Assembly (NCBI GenBank): GCA_963744995.1 | Contig: CAVUWA010000010.1 | Span: 320,001-384,000, forward strand | Source: Candidatus Eiseniibacteriota bacterium | GTDB taxonomy: Bacteria; Eisenbacteria; RBG-16-71-46 | DNA length: 64,000 nt | Reading direction: 5' to 3' | Shown: positions 18,342 to 32,188 of the stretch, piece after piece | Numbering within the stretch: position 1 is the stretch's first letter | Layout of the letters: each line of letters opens with the position of its first letter | Made by a program: the position numbers and the translations under genes | Notes under the pieces: model-generated | Databases searched by the model: none | What the model was told of the DNA's origin: nothing | What the model saw: the letters and a program-made list of their open reading frames with translations, nothing else

Positions 18342-21011
18342 TCAGTCCGTTGCGGCCTTCCGGAACGGCTGGAACCAGTTCTGGTCGAGCACGAGGCGGG
18401 AGGTCGAAGATCCCGATTCCACGTCCAGGGCGAACACGAACTCGGTGCCGTCGGGATTGACACCGAAGCGCGCCGACCAGCCGGCAATGCCCCGGTGGCT
18501 CATCCGCGGCCGGGTGAACAGCCGCCGCGGCTGCCCGAGCACCGGCGCGTCTCCCGGCGTCAGGTCGACCGCCATGACGTCGTCATCGTTGGCGTAGTAG
18601 AGCCGCCTGCCCTCTGCGCCCCACACCGGCCAGTCGCCGCCGGTCGTCGAGACCTGCCACCTGCCGTCTCCCGATGGAAACCGGCGCAGGAACACCTCGC
18701 TGTTCCCGCTCTCGTCGGACACGTAGGCGACGAGCCGCCCGCCGGGCGACACCACGGCTTTCGCCATGCCTTTGACGGGCAGGGTCGTGGCCTCGCCGCC
18801 GTCGACCGGCCGCACTTTCAGCTCCGTGCCGGGGAGCGCCGTGTAGAGCAGCGAGCGGCCGTCGGGCGTGAGGCTCGGGAACAGCGCCCCGCGCACCAGC
18901 GTGTCCGGCGCGCCCGAGCCGTCCGCCGGACGCCGCAGCGCGCACCAGCTGTTGTCCGGTGAACGGCCGTCGTACAGGACCGAGCGGCCATCCGGGCTCC
19001 AGCACGCGACGGTCTCGTTGTACTCCGAAAACGTGAGTCGGGTCTGCGTGCCGCGATCCAGATCGGCCACCCACAGGTCCGGCGCCACGCCCTCCTGCTG
19101 CTCGTAGACCACCCGGCGCCCGTCGGGGCTCAGCGCCGGCATGATGCCGCCGGGGCTTGCGATCCGGGTGATCGTCGAGCGGATCGTGCCGTCCGGTCCC
19201 GCGAGGACCAGGTCGGACTGGGCGGCGTTCTGGCCGGCCAGGAACAGCAGCGTCCCGTCGGCGGCCACGCTCGGGGAGTGCGCACCGGGTACGACGATGA
19301 ACGGCTCCCCCGTGACCTCGAGCTTCTCCAGCGAGAACGGGACCGCCCAGATCCCGGCGCTGGGGTCGTTGCGGCGGTAGAGGATGTGTCCCGTGTTCGA
19401 GTACACGGGATCGGAGAGCTGATGCCCTTCGACCTTGAGCAGCTGCCGGTAGCCGTGCCCGTCGAACACGTAGATGTTGTCGTAGGTGCCGCTCACCAGA
19501 TGCGCGCAGAACAGGACGCCGCGCCCACCGGTGAGCGCATACGGGTCATGGTAGTCCCCGATCACCGAGTCCGCCGGTGAAACCGAGCGTGGATCGCCAC
19601 CCACCGCCGGCACCTGGAGCAGGCCGTCGTCTTCGGCGCGGGACATGGTGATGATGCCGTCGTCCCCCCACGACGCGCCCGAGCCGTTGGTGAACGGACC
19701 GCTCGCGTCGCAGATCTGCCGCACCTCGCGGGTGCGCATGTCGACGGCCTGCAGCGTGGAGCCCGAGACGTAGCCGAGCTCGCTGCCGTCGGGCGCCCAG
19801 AACAGATGGCTGGCGCTGGTTCGCGCCGGAAGCGGGAGGCGGCGGGGCTCGGTCGAGTCGAGATCCTGGATGACCAGCGTGTCGGTCTCGAGCCACGCGG
19901 CCCGGCGTCCGTCGGGCGAGATCTGCGGCAGGCGGGCCGCGCCTCCCGACGGCAGCCGGAACTCGCGGTGCGGAATCATGGAGGTCTTCGCCGCACTTCC
20001 GTGCGGCAGCCCGCGCCCGAGCAGCAGCCCCGCAGCGAGCGCCAGTACGCCGATTCCGGCGGGCCACATCAGACGAGAGAGGGATGACCCCGGCGCAGCG
20101 GCCGGGGCGGGTGCGGCGGCCCCGGTCAACGAGGACGTGTACGGATCCGGCGCCCCGGTGATCTCCGCAGCGAGCACGATGCGCGCCTCGCCGATGTCGC
20201 GCAGGCGGGTGCGACGATCGCGCTGCAGGCAGCGCTCGAGCAGCAGGCGCACGCGCGGCGGCACCGAATCCGGCAGCCGCTGCCATTCGAAGTCGGCGCG
20301 CAGCACCGCTGCGAGGACGTCCGACACGGTGTCGCCTTCGAACATCCGCGCGCCGGTCAGCATCTCGTAGAGCACCACGCCGAACGACCAGACGTCGGCG
20401 CGCTTGTCCGCGGCCTGGCCGCGCGCCTGCTCGGGGCTCATGTAGGCGGCGGTGCCGAGCACGACGTTCGCCGCAGTCATGCCCGCGGTGATGGTCGGCG
20501 ACTGCGTGAGGCTTGGATTCGAAACGCCGCTCGGGTCCGACTCGAACGCCTTGGCGAGCCCGAAGTCGAGCACCTTCACCCCGCCTTCGGGGCCGATCAC
20601 CACGTTCGCGGGCTTGAGGTCCCGGTGCACGATGCCGTTCTCGTGCGCGTGCTCGAGTGCCTCGGCGATCTTGAGGCCGACGGCGAGCGCCTCGTCCGCC
20701 GGCAGCGGGCCGCGCTGGAGCCGCGCCGCGAGGCTCTCGCCCTGCGCCAGCTCCATCGCCAGGAAGCGCACGCCCTGGTCCTCGTGCAGGCCGTAGATCG
20801 AGGCGATGTTCGGGTGGCTCAAGGCCGCGAGCAGGCGCGCCTCGCGTTCGAGCCGGGCGAGACGTTCGGGATCGCGCGCAAGCAGCTCGGGCAGCACCTT
20901 GATCGCCACGCTCCTGCCGAGCGTGGTGTCGGTCGCCTTCCACACGACGCCCATGCCGCCTTCGCCGATGCGTTCGGTGATTTCGTAGTGGGCGAGGCGC
21001 TTGCCGATCAT
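18342..21011 (-). CDS. Ser/Thr protein kinase with TM and TolB-like (PD40) beta-propeller
   Basis: IGEGGMGVV, VAIK, HRDLKPAN, DFGLAK, YMSPEQ; TM; repeated SPDG/WSPDG motifs. Confidence 0.95.
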   Translation of the reverse strand: MIGKRLAHYEITERIGEGGMGVVWKATDTTLGRSVAIKVLPELLARDPERLARLEREARLLAALSHPNIASIYGLHEDQGVRFLAMELAQGESLAARLQRGPLPADEALAVGLKIAEALEHAHENGIVHRDLKPANVVIGPEGGVKVLDFGLAKAFESDPSGVSNPSLTQSPTITAGMTAANVVLGTAAYMSPEQARGQAADKRADVWSFGVVLYEMLTGARMFEGDTVSDVLAAVLRADFEWQRLPDSVPPRVRLLLERCLQRDRRTRLRDIGEARIVLAAEITGAPDPYTSSLTGAAAPAPAAAPGSSLSRLMWPAGIGVLALAAGLLLGRGLPHGSAAKTSMIPHREFRLPSGGAARLPQISPDGRRAAWLETDTLVIQDLDSTEPRRLPLPARTSASHLFWAPDGSELGYVSGSTLQAVDMRTREVRQICDASGPFTNGSGASWGDDGIITMSRAEDDGLLQVPAVGGDPRSVSPADSVIGDYHDPYALTGGRGVLFCAHLVSGTYDNIYVFDGHGYRQLLKVEGHQLSDPVYSNTGHILYRRNDPSAGIWAVPFSLEKLEVTGEPFIVVPGAHSPSVAADGTLLFLAGQNAAQSDLVLAGPDGTIRSTITRIASPGGIMPALSPDGRRVVYEQQEGVAPDLWVADLDRGTQTRLTFSEYNETVACWSPDGRSVLYDGRSPDNSWCALRRPADGSGAPDTLVRGALFPSLTPDGRSLLYTALPGTELKVRPVDGGEATTLPVKGMAKAVVSPGGRLVAYVSDESGNSEVFLRRFPSGDGRWQVSTTGGDWPVWGAEGRRLYYANDDDVMAVDLTPGDAPVLGQPRRLFTRPRMSHRGIAGWSARFGVNPDGTEFVFALDVESGSSTSRLVLDQNWFQPFRKAATD

Positions 21012-21146
21012 GGAATTCCCGATGCGGTGGGACGAGGTGGCGCGGGCGCCGTCGGGCCTGCCGCACGACGGTGCAGGCGCGCGCAATCTAGCATCCGGGG
21101 CACGCCCTGACGAACGGAAAGCGTTCCGCCGCCCGCATGTCGGATT

Positions 21147-22006
21147 TCATGCGCGATCGGCCGGTGCGACGGGCTCGAGCACGGCGGGGACCACGTGCGG
21201 CGCCTTGCGATCGGCGCCGCTCACGGCACGCGCCGCCAGATACGGCAGCAGGTAGCGCGTACGCCACCAGGCCTCGCGGGCGGCACGAACCAGCGGTCCG
21301 TCGCGGAGCGGCGGCTGCACCGGCTCGCTCCAGCGCGCATCGGTGCCGGGGAGCTCCAGCGCGTGCGCCAGCGCGGCCGCGATGCGCGCATGCCCCGCGG
21401 CATTGGCGTGAATACGGTCCGCGTTCCAGAGCCGGCGATCGGTCGCGACCGGGTGCGCGGCGAAATCCACGAGCCGCGTGCCGCTCGCGCGCGACACCGC
21501 GCGCAGCCGCTCGTTGAGCGCGAGGATCCGCGGTGCGATGCGGCGCGCGAGCGGCATCAGCGGCGTGAGATCGGGCAGCGTGAACGTGAGCACCGTCGCG
21601 CCGGTCCGGGCGAGCGCATGCTGCATGGTTCCCATGTCGCGGGCGAAGGCGTCGGCGTCAAAGTCCGCGGCGATCACGTCGTTGGTGCCCGAGAACACCG
21701 TGGCGAGGTCGGGCGCGAGCGCCAGCGCGGGTTCGAGCTGCGTGTCGAGAATCTCGCGCGTCGTGAGCCCGCGCACGGCCAGATTCGCGTAGAGCAGTTC
21801 GCCCTGCGTGTCGGCGATCCGCCGGGCGAGCCGCCGCGACCAGCCTCTGTAGCCGCCGCGGCCATCCGGGTCGATGTACCCCGCGGTCGAGCTGTCGCCG
21901 ATCGCGACGTAGCGGCCGAAGCGCGGGCGGCCGGCGGCCGGCGGCGCCGCGCCGGGCGCCGCAGCCGAGGTGGCGCCGGACCCCGCACCCGCGCCGGCGG
22001 TTTCGC

Positions 22007-22010
<4 letters not shown>
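21147..22010 (-). CDS. SGNH/GDSL hydrolase
   Basis: GDSST, ANLAVRG, GTND, DRIHAN; GTGA overlap with the upstream glucosidase. Confidence 0.88.
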
Positions 22011-24679
<2,669 letters not shown>

Positions 24680-24714
24680 GGGTGCCCGTTCGATCGCCCC
24701 GGCCCGCGACGGGC

Positions 24715-26532
<1,818 letters not shown>

Positions 26533-26707
26533 GCCGTCGACCTTACATGGCCGGCCCGGTGATGGAAACCCGCCGGAAACGCCGCCCCGCGCGCCGGAGC
26601 CCGGGCGCGGCGCGCTCCGTTCCAACCGCGGTATGCTGGCGGCGGACGCGCCGCGCACCCGCCGCCGATCCGTGCGCGCGGCGCGTACGCCACCCTGGAG
26701 TGAACAG

Positions 26708-27088
26708 ATGAGCGATCCGACATCCGTCGTCCGCGAGTTCTGGCGCCTCATGGCGAGCAACGACTTCGACTCGGTCGCCGCGGTGCTCGCCGACGACTTC
26801 GTGCTCGAGTGGCCGCAGTCGCGCGAGCGCATCCGCGGCGCGGCGAACTTCGCCCGGATGAACCACGGGTACCCGTCGCACGGACCGTGGCGCTTCACCG
26901 TTCACCGCATCGTGGGCGACGACGGCGAAGCGGTGTCGGACGTCACGGTCACCGACGGAACGCAGACCGCGCGTGCGATCTCGTTCTTCACGATCGCGGA
27001 CGGGAAGATCGTGCGGCTGGTGGAGTTCTGGCCGGAGCCCTACGCGGCGCCGGCCAACCGGGCGCACCTGGCGGAGCGCATGGAATGA
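26708..27088 (+). CDS. NTF2/SnoaL-like protein
   Basis: RBS GGAG; VLEWPQSRERIRG...EFWPEPYAAP. Confidence 0.85.
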   Translation: MSDPTSVVREFWRLMASNDFDSVAAVLADDFVLEWPQSRERIRGAANFARMNHGYPSHGPWRFTVHRIVGDDGEAVSDVTVTDGTQTARAISFFTIADGKIVRLVEFWPEPYAAPANRAHLAERME

Positions 27089-27101
27089 GCCGGAGACCGG
27101 T

Positions 27102-28904
27102 CTACTCCACGACCTTCAGTCCCAGCTCCCGCATCGTCTCCGGCTCGATCGCGCCGGGCGAGCCATCCATCAGACACGCCGCACTCGCGCTCTTCGGGAA
27201 CGCGATGGTGTCGCGGATCGACTCGCGCCCCGCCATCAGCATGATGACCCGATCGAGACCGATGCCGATGCCGCCGTGCGGCGGCGAGGCGTAGCGGTAG
27301 GCGTCGATCAGGAAGCCGAACTTTTCCTGCATCTCCTCGGGGCTGAAGCCCACCACCTTCATCACGCGCTGCTGGATGTCCGGGCGATGGATGCGCACCG
27401 AACCGGAACCCAGCTCGTGACCGTTCAGGACCAGATCGTAGAGCTGCGCGTGCACCTTCCCCGGATCGCTCTCGAGCAGATCCATGTGCCCGGGATTCGG
27501 CATCGTGAACATGTGGTGGCGCGGCGCCCAGCGCCGGTGGTCGGCGTCCCATTCGAACAGCGGAAAGTCGCGCACCCACAGGAAGCGCCAGTCGGGGCCC
27601 ATGTCCTTGACCAGCGGCTGCCCGAGCTGCGTGCGCAGCACGCCGAGCGCCTTGAGCGTCGGCTCCCACGGGCCGGAGGTGAACAGCACGGCATCGCCCT
27701 GCTTCGCTTTCACGGTCTCGAAGAACTCTTCGAGCAGCGCATCCGGGAAGATCTTCAGCTGCCTGTCGCGCTCGGCCGGCAGCACCTTGAAGAAGGTCAG
27801 TCCACCGCCGCCGGCCGCTTTCACGACGTCCTCGTACTTCCTGAGCTGCGTTCCCGAGATCTCCGCGCCACCCGGTACGACCAGCGCGACGCCGACGCCG
27901 TCCGCCATCGTCGCACCGCCCGCGACGACGTGGCGCGGCGACTTCGCCAGCACGGCCGTGCAGTCGACGAACTCGAGACCGAACCGCGTGTCGGGCTTGT
28001 CCGAGCCGTAGCGCAGCATCGCCTCGCGGAACGTCATGCGCGGGAACGGCCGCGGCAGCTCGACCCCGAGGCACTCCTTCCACATCGCGTGGAACACGCC
28101 TTCGACGACCCCGAACACGTCCTCCTCGCTCGCGAAGCTCATCTCGAGATCGATCTGCGTGTGTTCGGGCTGGCGATCGGCGCGCAGATCCTCGTCGCGC
28201 AGGCAGCGCGCGAGCTGGAAATAGCGGTCGAGGCCCGAAATCATGAGCGTCTGCTTGTAGAGCTGAGGCGACTGCGGCAGCGCGTAGAACCGGCCATGGT
28301 GCACGCGGCTCGGCACGACGTAGTCGCGCGCCCCTTCGGGGGTCGGCCTGACCAGCACCGGCGTCTCGACTTCGAGGAAACCCTGGCCCGACAGGTGCGT
28401 GCGCGCGGTCATCGTCGCCCGGTGGCGCAACGCGAGCACGCTCGAGAGCTCCGGCCGGCGCAGGTCGAGGAATCGGTACCTGAGCCGCAGGTCCTCGCTC
28501 GCCAGGTGCTGCGCCTCGTTCACCTGGAACGGCAGCGGATCCGACGCCGAGAGCATCTTCATCTCGCGCACGTCCACCTCGATCTCGCCGGTGTCGAGTT
28601 CGGGGTTCAGCGCGTCGGCGGGGCGCTTCATCACCATGCCGCGCACCGCGATCACCCACTCGCTGCCGAGGTGCGAGGCGCGCTCGAGCAGCGCGGCCCC
28701 GCCCGAGTCGGGATGGAACACGATCTGCGTGAGCCCGAAGCGGTCGCGCAGATCGATGAACAGCACGCCGCCGTGGTCGCGCTCCCGATGCACCCAGCCC
28801 ATGAGGATCACGTCCTCGCCGGCGTCGCCTGCGCGCAGCTCGCCACACGTGTGGCTGCGCCGCCAGTCCCCCATGTCCTCCAGGCCCCTCGCCGTCTCGT
28901 TCAT
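27102..28904 (-). CDS. aspS: Aspartate--tRNA ligase
   Basis: RSHTCGELR, RDHGGVLFIDLRD, YALPQSPQLYKQ, RDEDLRADRQPE, PHGGIGIGLDR; ATGA overlap with hisS. Confidence 0.98.
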   Translation of the reverse strand: MNETARGLEDMGDWRRSHTCGELRAGDAGEDVILMGWVHRERDHGGVLFIDLRDRFGLTQIVFHPDSGGAALLERASHLGSEWVIAVRGMVMKRPADALNPELDTGEIEVDVREMKMLSASDPLPFQVNEAQHLASEDLRLRYRFLDLRRPELSSVLALRHRATMTARTHLSGQGFLEVETPVLVRPTPEGARDYVVPSRVHHGRFYALPQSPQLYKQTLMISGLDRYFQLARCLRDEDLRADRQPEHTQIDLEMSFASEEDVFGVVEGVFHAMWKECLGVELPRPFPRMTFREAMLRYGSDKPDTRFGLEFVDCTAVLAKSPRHVVAGGATMADGVGVALVVPGGAEISGTQLRKYEDVVKAAGGGGLTFFKVLPAERDRQLKIFPDALLEEFFETVKAKQGDAVLFTSGPWEPTLKALGVLRTQLGQPLVKDMGPDWRFLWVRDFPLFEWDADHRRWAPRHHMFTMPNPGHMDLLESDPGKVHAQLYDLVLNGHELGSGSVRIHRPDIQQRVMKVVGFSPEEMQEKFGFLIDAYRYASPPHGGIGIGLDRVIMLMAGRESIRDTIAFPKSASAACLMDGSPGAIEPETMRELGLKVVE

Positions 28905-30205
28905 TCCGCGCCCACCTCGCCCGTCAGTCCCATGATCCGATCGAGCCGCTCGGGGAGCGCCTCGAGGATGACCGTTTCCTGCGTGCCGTGTTTCATGTCG
29001 CGCACCACCACTTCGCCGCGCTTCCACTCGTCCTCGCCCAGCACCACAACGGCGGCCGCGCCGCGGCGGTCCGCGGCCTTCATCTGCGCCGACGTGCTGC
29101 GCGCCTCGAGGTCGAACTCTACCGCGTACGCCTGTCGGAGCGCGCGGGCCAGCGGATGCACGAAGTGCCGTGTCGCGTCCATCGTCACCACGAACACCAG
29201 CGGCGGCGGCGGATCGCCCTCCACCCCGCGCTCGGCCAGCACCAGCATGGCGCGATCGAGCCCGATCGAGAACCCGACCCCCGGCGTCGGCGGCCCGCCG
29301 AGCGCTTCGATGAGGCCGTCGTAGCGGCCGCCGCCACCGAGCGCGCTCTGCGCGCCGAGCGAACGGTCGTGCACCTCGAACGCCGTGTGCGTGTAGTAGT
29401 CGAGCCCGCGCACCAGCCCGTGATCCACCTCGTAGTCGATGCCCAGCACCTCGAGCCCTTCGCACACCGCGCGCCAGTGCGCCGCCGCTCCCGCGTCGAG
29501 CGCATCGATCAGCCGCGGCAGCGGACCGAGGTCGCCCTCCTTGCCCGAAAGGAACGCGAGGTCGCCCGCGTCCTTCGTGTCGAGCACGCGCATCGGGTTC
29601 ACCTCGAGCCGCTGCCGCGAGTCCGCGCTCAGCCGCTCGCGCACGGGGTGGAGCCACGCGCGCAGCCGCTCGCCGTAGGCGGCGCGGGTCGCCGGCGTGC
29701 CGACGCTGTTGACCGCGACCGTGAGGTTCTCGAAACCCCAAGCCTCGAACACGTCGACGAACAGGGCAATCATTTCGACGTCGGCATCCGGCGCGGCGAC
29801 ACCGATGCACTCGGCGCCGATCTGGGAGAACTGGCGGTAGCGCCCTTTCTGCGGGCGCCCGTAGCGCAGCATCGGACCGGCGTACCAGAGCCGGTGTTCC
29901 TTGCCGCGGCCCGACATCGCGTGTTCGAGATAGGCTCGGCACACACTGGCGGTGCCTTCCGGCCGCAGCGCCAGGTCGCGGCCCTTGAGGTCCTGGAAGC
30001 GGTACATCTCCTTCTGCACGACGTCGCTGCTCTCCCCGGAGGTGCGGGCGAACAGCTCGTAGTCCTCGAAGATCGGGGTGCGGATCTCGGCGTAGCCGTA
30101 GCGCTCGAGCACCTCGCGCGCGAGCCGTTCGGCCCACTGCCAGCGGCGGAGCTCGTCCGGGAGCAGATCCCGCGTCCCGCGCGGCGCCTGGTATTTCAGA
30201 CCCAT
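28901..30205 (-). CDS. hisS: Histidine--tRNA ligase
   Basis: PRGTRD, LRPEGTA, RPQKGRYRQF, LVRGLDYY, GGGRYDGL. Confidence 0.98.
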   Translation of the reverse strand: MGLKYQAPRGTRDLLPDELRRWQWAERLAREVLERYGYAEIRTPIFEDYELFARTSGESSDVVQKEMYRFQDLKGRDLALRPEGTASVCRAYLEHAMSGRGKEHRLWYAGPMLRYGRPQKGRYRQFSQIGAECIGVAAPDADVEMIALFVDVFEAWGFENLTVAVNSVGTPATRAAYGERLRAWLHPVRERLSADSRQRLEVNPMRVLDTKDAGDLAFLSGKEGDLGPLPRLIDALDAGAAAHWRAVCEGLEVLGIDYEVDHGLVRGLDYYTHTAFEVHDRSLGAQSALGGGGRYDGLIEALGGPPTPGVGFSIGLDRAMLVLAERGVEGDPPPPLVFVVTMDATRHFVHPLARALRQAYAVEFDLEARSTSAQMKAADRRGAAAVVVLGEDEWKRGEVVVRDMKHGTQETVILEALPERLDRIMGLTGEVGAE

Positions 30206-30247
30206 CGATCCTCTCGTGCGCCTGTCCGCGCACCGTTCGAGCCGCGT

Positions 30248-30634
30248 TCAGTCACGGGTGAACGCCATGTACAGGGTCACTGCCACGATCACGCCGGCGA
30301 CGTCGGCCATCGCATCGAGATGGCTCGACTGCCGGCCCGGCACGTACGACTGGAAGATCTCGTCGCCGGTCGCCATGACGATTCCGAATGCCAGCGTCTC
30401 GAGCCCCGCCACCAGCGGGTCGCGTCTGCGCAGGCTGACCCGCAGCGCCCGCACCGTGACGAAGCCGAGCCCGCCGTACTCCAGCAGGTGGATCCACTTG
30501 TCGGCGTTTTCGAACTGGAGCGGCGGCTTGAGATTCGGCTGGGCGCTCAGCGTGATGATCAGCGCGACGTACGCCAGCACCGGGAGCCAGTACTCGAAGA
30601 ACATCCGCGTCCGGCTCTTTTCGGCCCGCGCCAA
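30248..30634 (-). CDS. VanZ family membrane protein
   Basis: DKWIHLLEYGGLG, DEIFQSYVPGR...DAMAD. Start uncertain (TTG 30634 or ATG 30604). Confidence 0.85.
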   Translation of the reverse strand: MARAEKSRTRMFFEYWLPVLAYVALIITLSAQPNLKPPLQFENADKWIHLLEYGGLGFVTVRALRVSLRRRDPLVAGLETLAFGIVMATGDEIFQSYVPGRQSSHLDAMADVAGVIVAVTLYMAFTRD

Positions 30635-30778
30635 TCTGCCTCCATGACCCTCGAAGCCCGGTTCCGCCCGCGGCCCGACCGGCGCCACGGCATGAAAGTG
30701 CGGCAGAATAGCACGCGGTTCCCGCAGCGGCCATCGGCGCCCCCTGCCGGCGCTCGTGCATTTTTCCGCCGCGCCCGC

Positions 30779-30807
30779 TTGACGCGCCCGCGCGGCACTT
30801 TTAGATT
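30779..30807 (+). promoter_or_regulatory. Sigma70 promoter for tRNA-Lys
   Basis: TTGACG-17 nt-TAGATT, followed by a GC-rich discriminator. Confidence 0.75.
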
Positions 30808-30850
30808 AGCGCGCCGTTTGTGACGCCAGCGATGGCGTCCGCCGTGTGTT

Positions 30851-30926
30851 GCGCCGCTAGCTCAATTGGTAGAGCAGCAGACTCTTAATCTGTTGGTTCG
30901 GGGTTCAAGTCCCTGGCGGCGCACCA
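30851..30926 (+). tRNA. tRNA-Lys (anticodon CTT)
   Basis: Full cloverleaf: acceptor GCGCCGC/GCGGCGC, D arm, anticodon loop CT-CTT-AA, T loop TTCAAGT, encoded CCA. Confidence 0.98.
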
Positions 30927-30964
30927 TTTCCCCTTTGCTTCCGCGTACGGCGCCCGCGCGCCGT

Positions 30965-32188
30965 TCAGCCGCGCAGCGCGCCGCCGGTGAGCCAGACGCC
31001 GCCCAGCGCCAGCAACCCGGCGCCCGAGGCGACCAGCACGGCCCGCACCGGCCACGGCACGCTGGCCTCGGGCGCTGCGAACCGCGCCGGCACGCCGAGC
31101 GTCTCGCGCAGCTGCCGCATCGCCACGGTGAACGCGGTGAGCCAGGCGCCGACCAGCGCGAGCAGCGTCCAGCCCTGCCCCGCATCGGCCAGCCCGCGCG
31201 CGACCTCCAGCCACAGACGGCCGCCCGGCGTGCCCGGCACGCCCGCCAGTGACATCATCGAGTAGAGGCCGAGCGCGGCGACCCACGGGTGGCGGCGGTA
31301 GACGGCCGGCGCGTCCTGCACCGCCCCCGACGACACCGGCAGCAGCCGCGCCAGCAGCCCGGCCCCGGTGAGCGCGAGCACCGTGTGCGCAACCCATGCG
31401 CCCGAGGCCGGATCGAGCGGCGCCGAGGACGACGGACGGGCGTTCAGCATCGCGCACATCGCGAGCGCGCCGTTCAGACTCGCGAGCGTGCCGACGCGGC
31501 GCTCGGGCCGGCGCTGCATCGCCAGCGTCGCCGCTCCCGCCACGAGCGCCACGAGCGCCGCGATCTCGAGCAGGCTCTGCGCGATCGCGGCGCCGGCCGG
31601 GAACGCCTCGATACCGTCGGTGCGCACCCGCAGCCAGCGCGCGCCGATCGCCTGCAGGGCCGCCACCGCGAACGGGCCGAGCCACGGCTTCGCCCCCTGC
31701 GTCACGTCGGCCACCCAGAAGTGGAACGGCGCCCCACCGAGCAGCACCAGCCCCACCAGCAGCGACAGCGGCAGCGCGGTGCTCCACAGGAACGGCCGGT
31801 CGAGCCCCAGCTGCAGCACCGCCCACTGCTCGTGGACGTAGGCCGTGCCGGTCGCGAGCGTCAGCAGTTCGAGTCCGGCCCACGACAGCGCCAGCGCCGG
31901 CAGCACCACCCACATCATCTTGAGCGCGCACTCGCTGTGCAGCGGATCGTCGCGGTCACGGGCGAGCAGCGCGATCACCAGCCCGGTCGCGAGCGCCGCC
32001 CACGCCAGCGGCACGGCGCCGGCCGCGATCAGCACGAACGCGAGCGGCAGCAGCGCGACGATCGGCGTGAGCGCCTGCAGCCGGGCGCCGCGCGCGGCGT
32101 CCTGAACCAGCAGCATGCCGGCGCAGGCGAGCGCGAGCGCCGTGGCGCCGGCGCTGTAGACGAGCGAGTGGGCCGGCAGGGCGTTCAC
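30965..32188 (-). CDS. Degenerate NuoN-like (proton-conducting membrane transporter family) subunit
   Basis: ECALK, APFHFWVADVTQGA, SLAGVPGTPGG; GTGA-coupled to the upstream gene. Confidence 0.75.
   Translation of the reverse strand: MNALPAHSLVYSAGATALALACAGMLLVQDAARGARLQALTPIVALLPLAFVLIAAGAVPLAWAALATGLVIALLARDRDDPLHSECALKMMWVVLPALALSWAGLELLTLATGTAYVHEQWAVLQLGLDRPFLWSTALPLSLLVGLVLLGGAPFHFWVADVTQGAKPWLGPFAVAALQAIGARWLRVRTDGIEAFPAGAAIAQSLLEIAALVALVAGAATLAMQRRPERRVGTLASLNGALAMCAMLNARPSSSAPLDPASGAWVAHTVLALTGAGLLARLLPVSSGAVQDAPAVYRRHPWVAALGLYSMMSLAGVPGTPGGRLWLEVARGLADAGQGWTLLALVGAWLTAFTVAMRQLRETLGVPARFAAPEASVPWPVRAVLVASGAGLLALGGVWLTGGALRG

Noticed and set aside
27102..30233. 1043-aa ORF suggesting an extended or fused AspRS
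   Set aside because: The extension is an off-frame read through hisS; aspS starts at 28904 with an ATGA overlap.
30851..31000. tRNA-Lys as an island integration site
   Set aside because: No integrase, no duplicated tRNA 3' end seen in the window and no evident composition shift.
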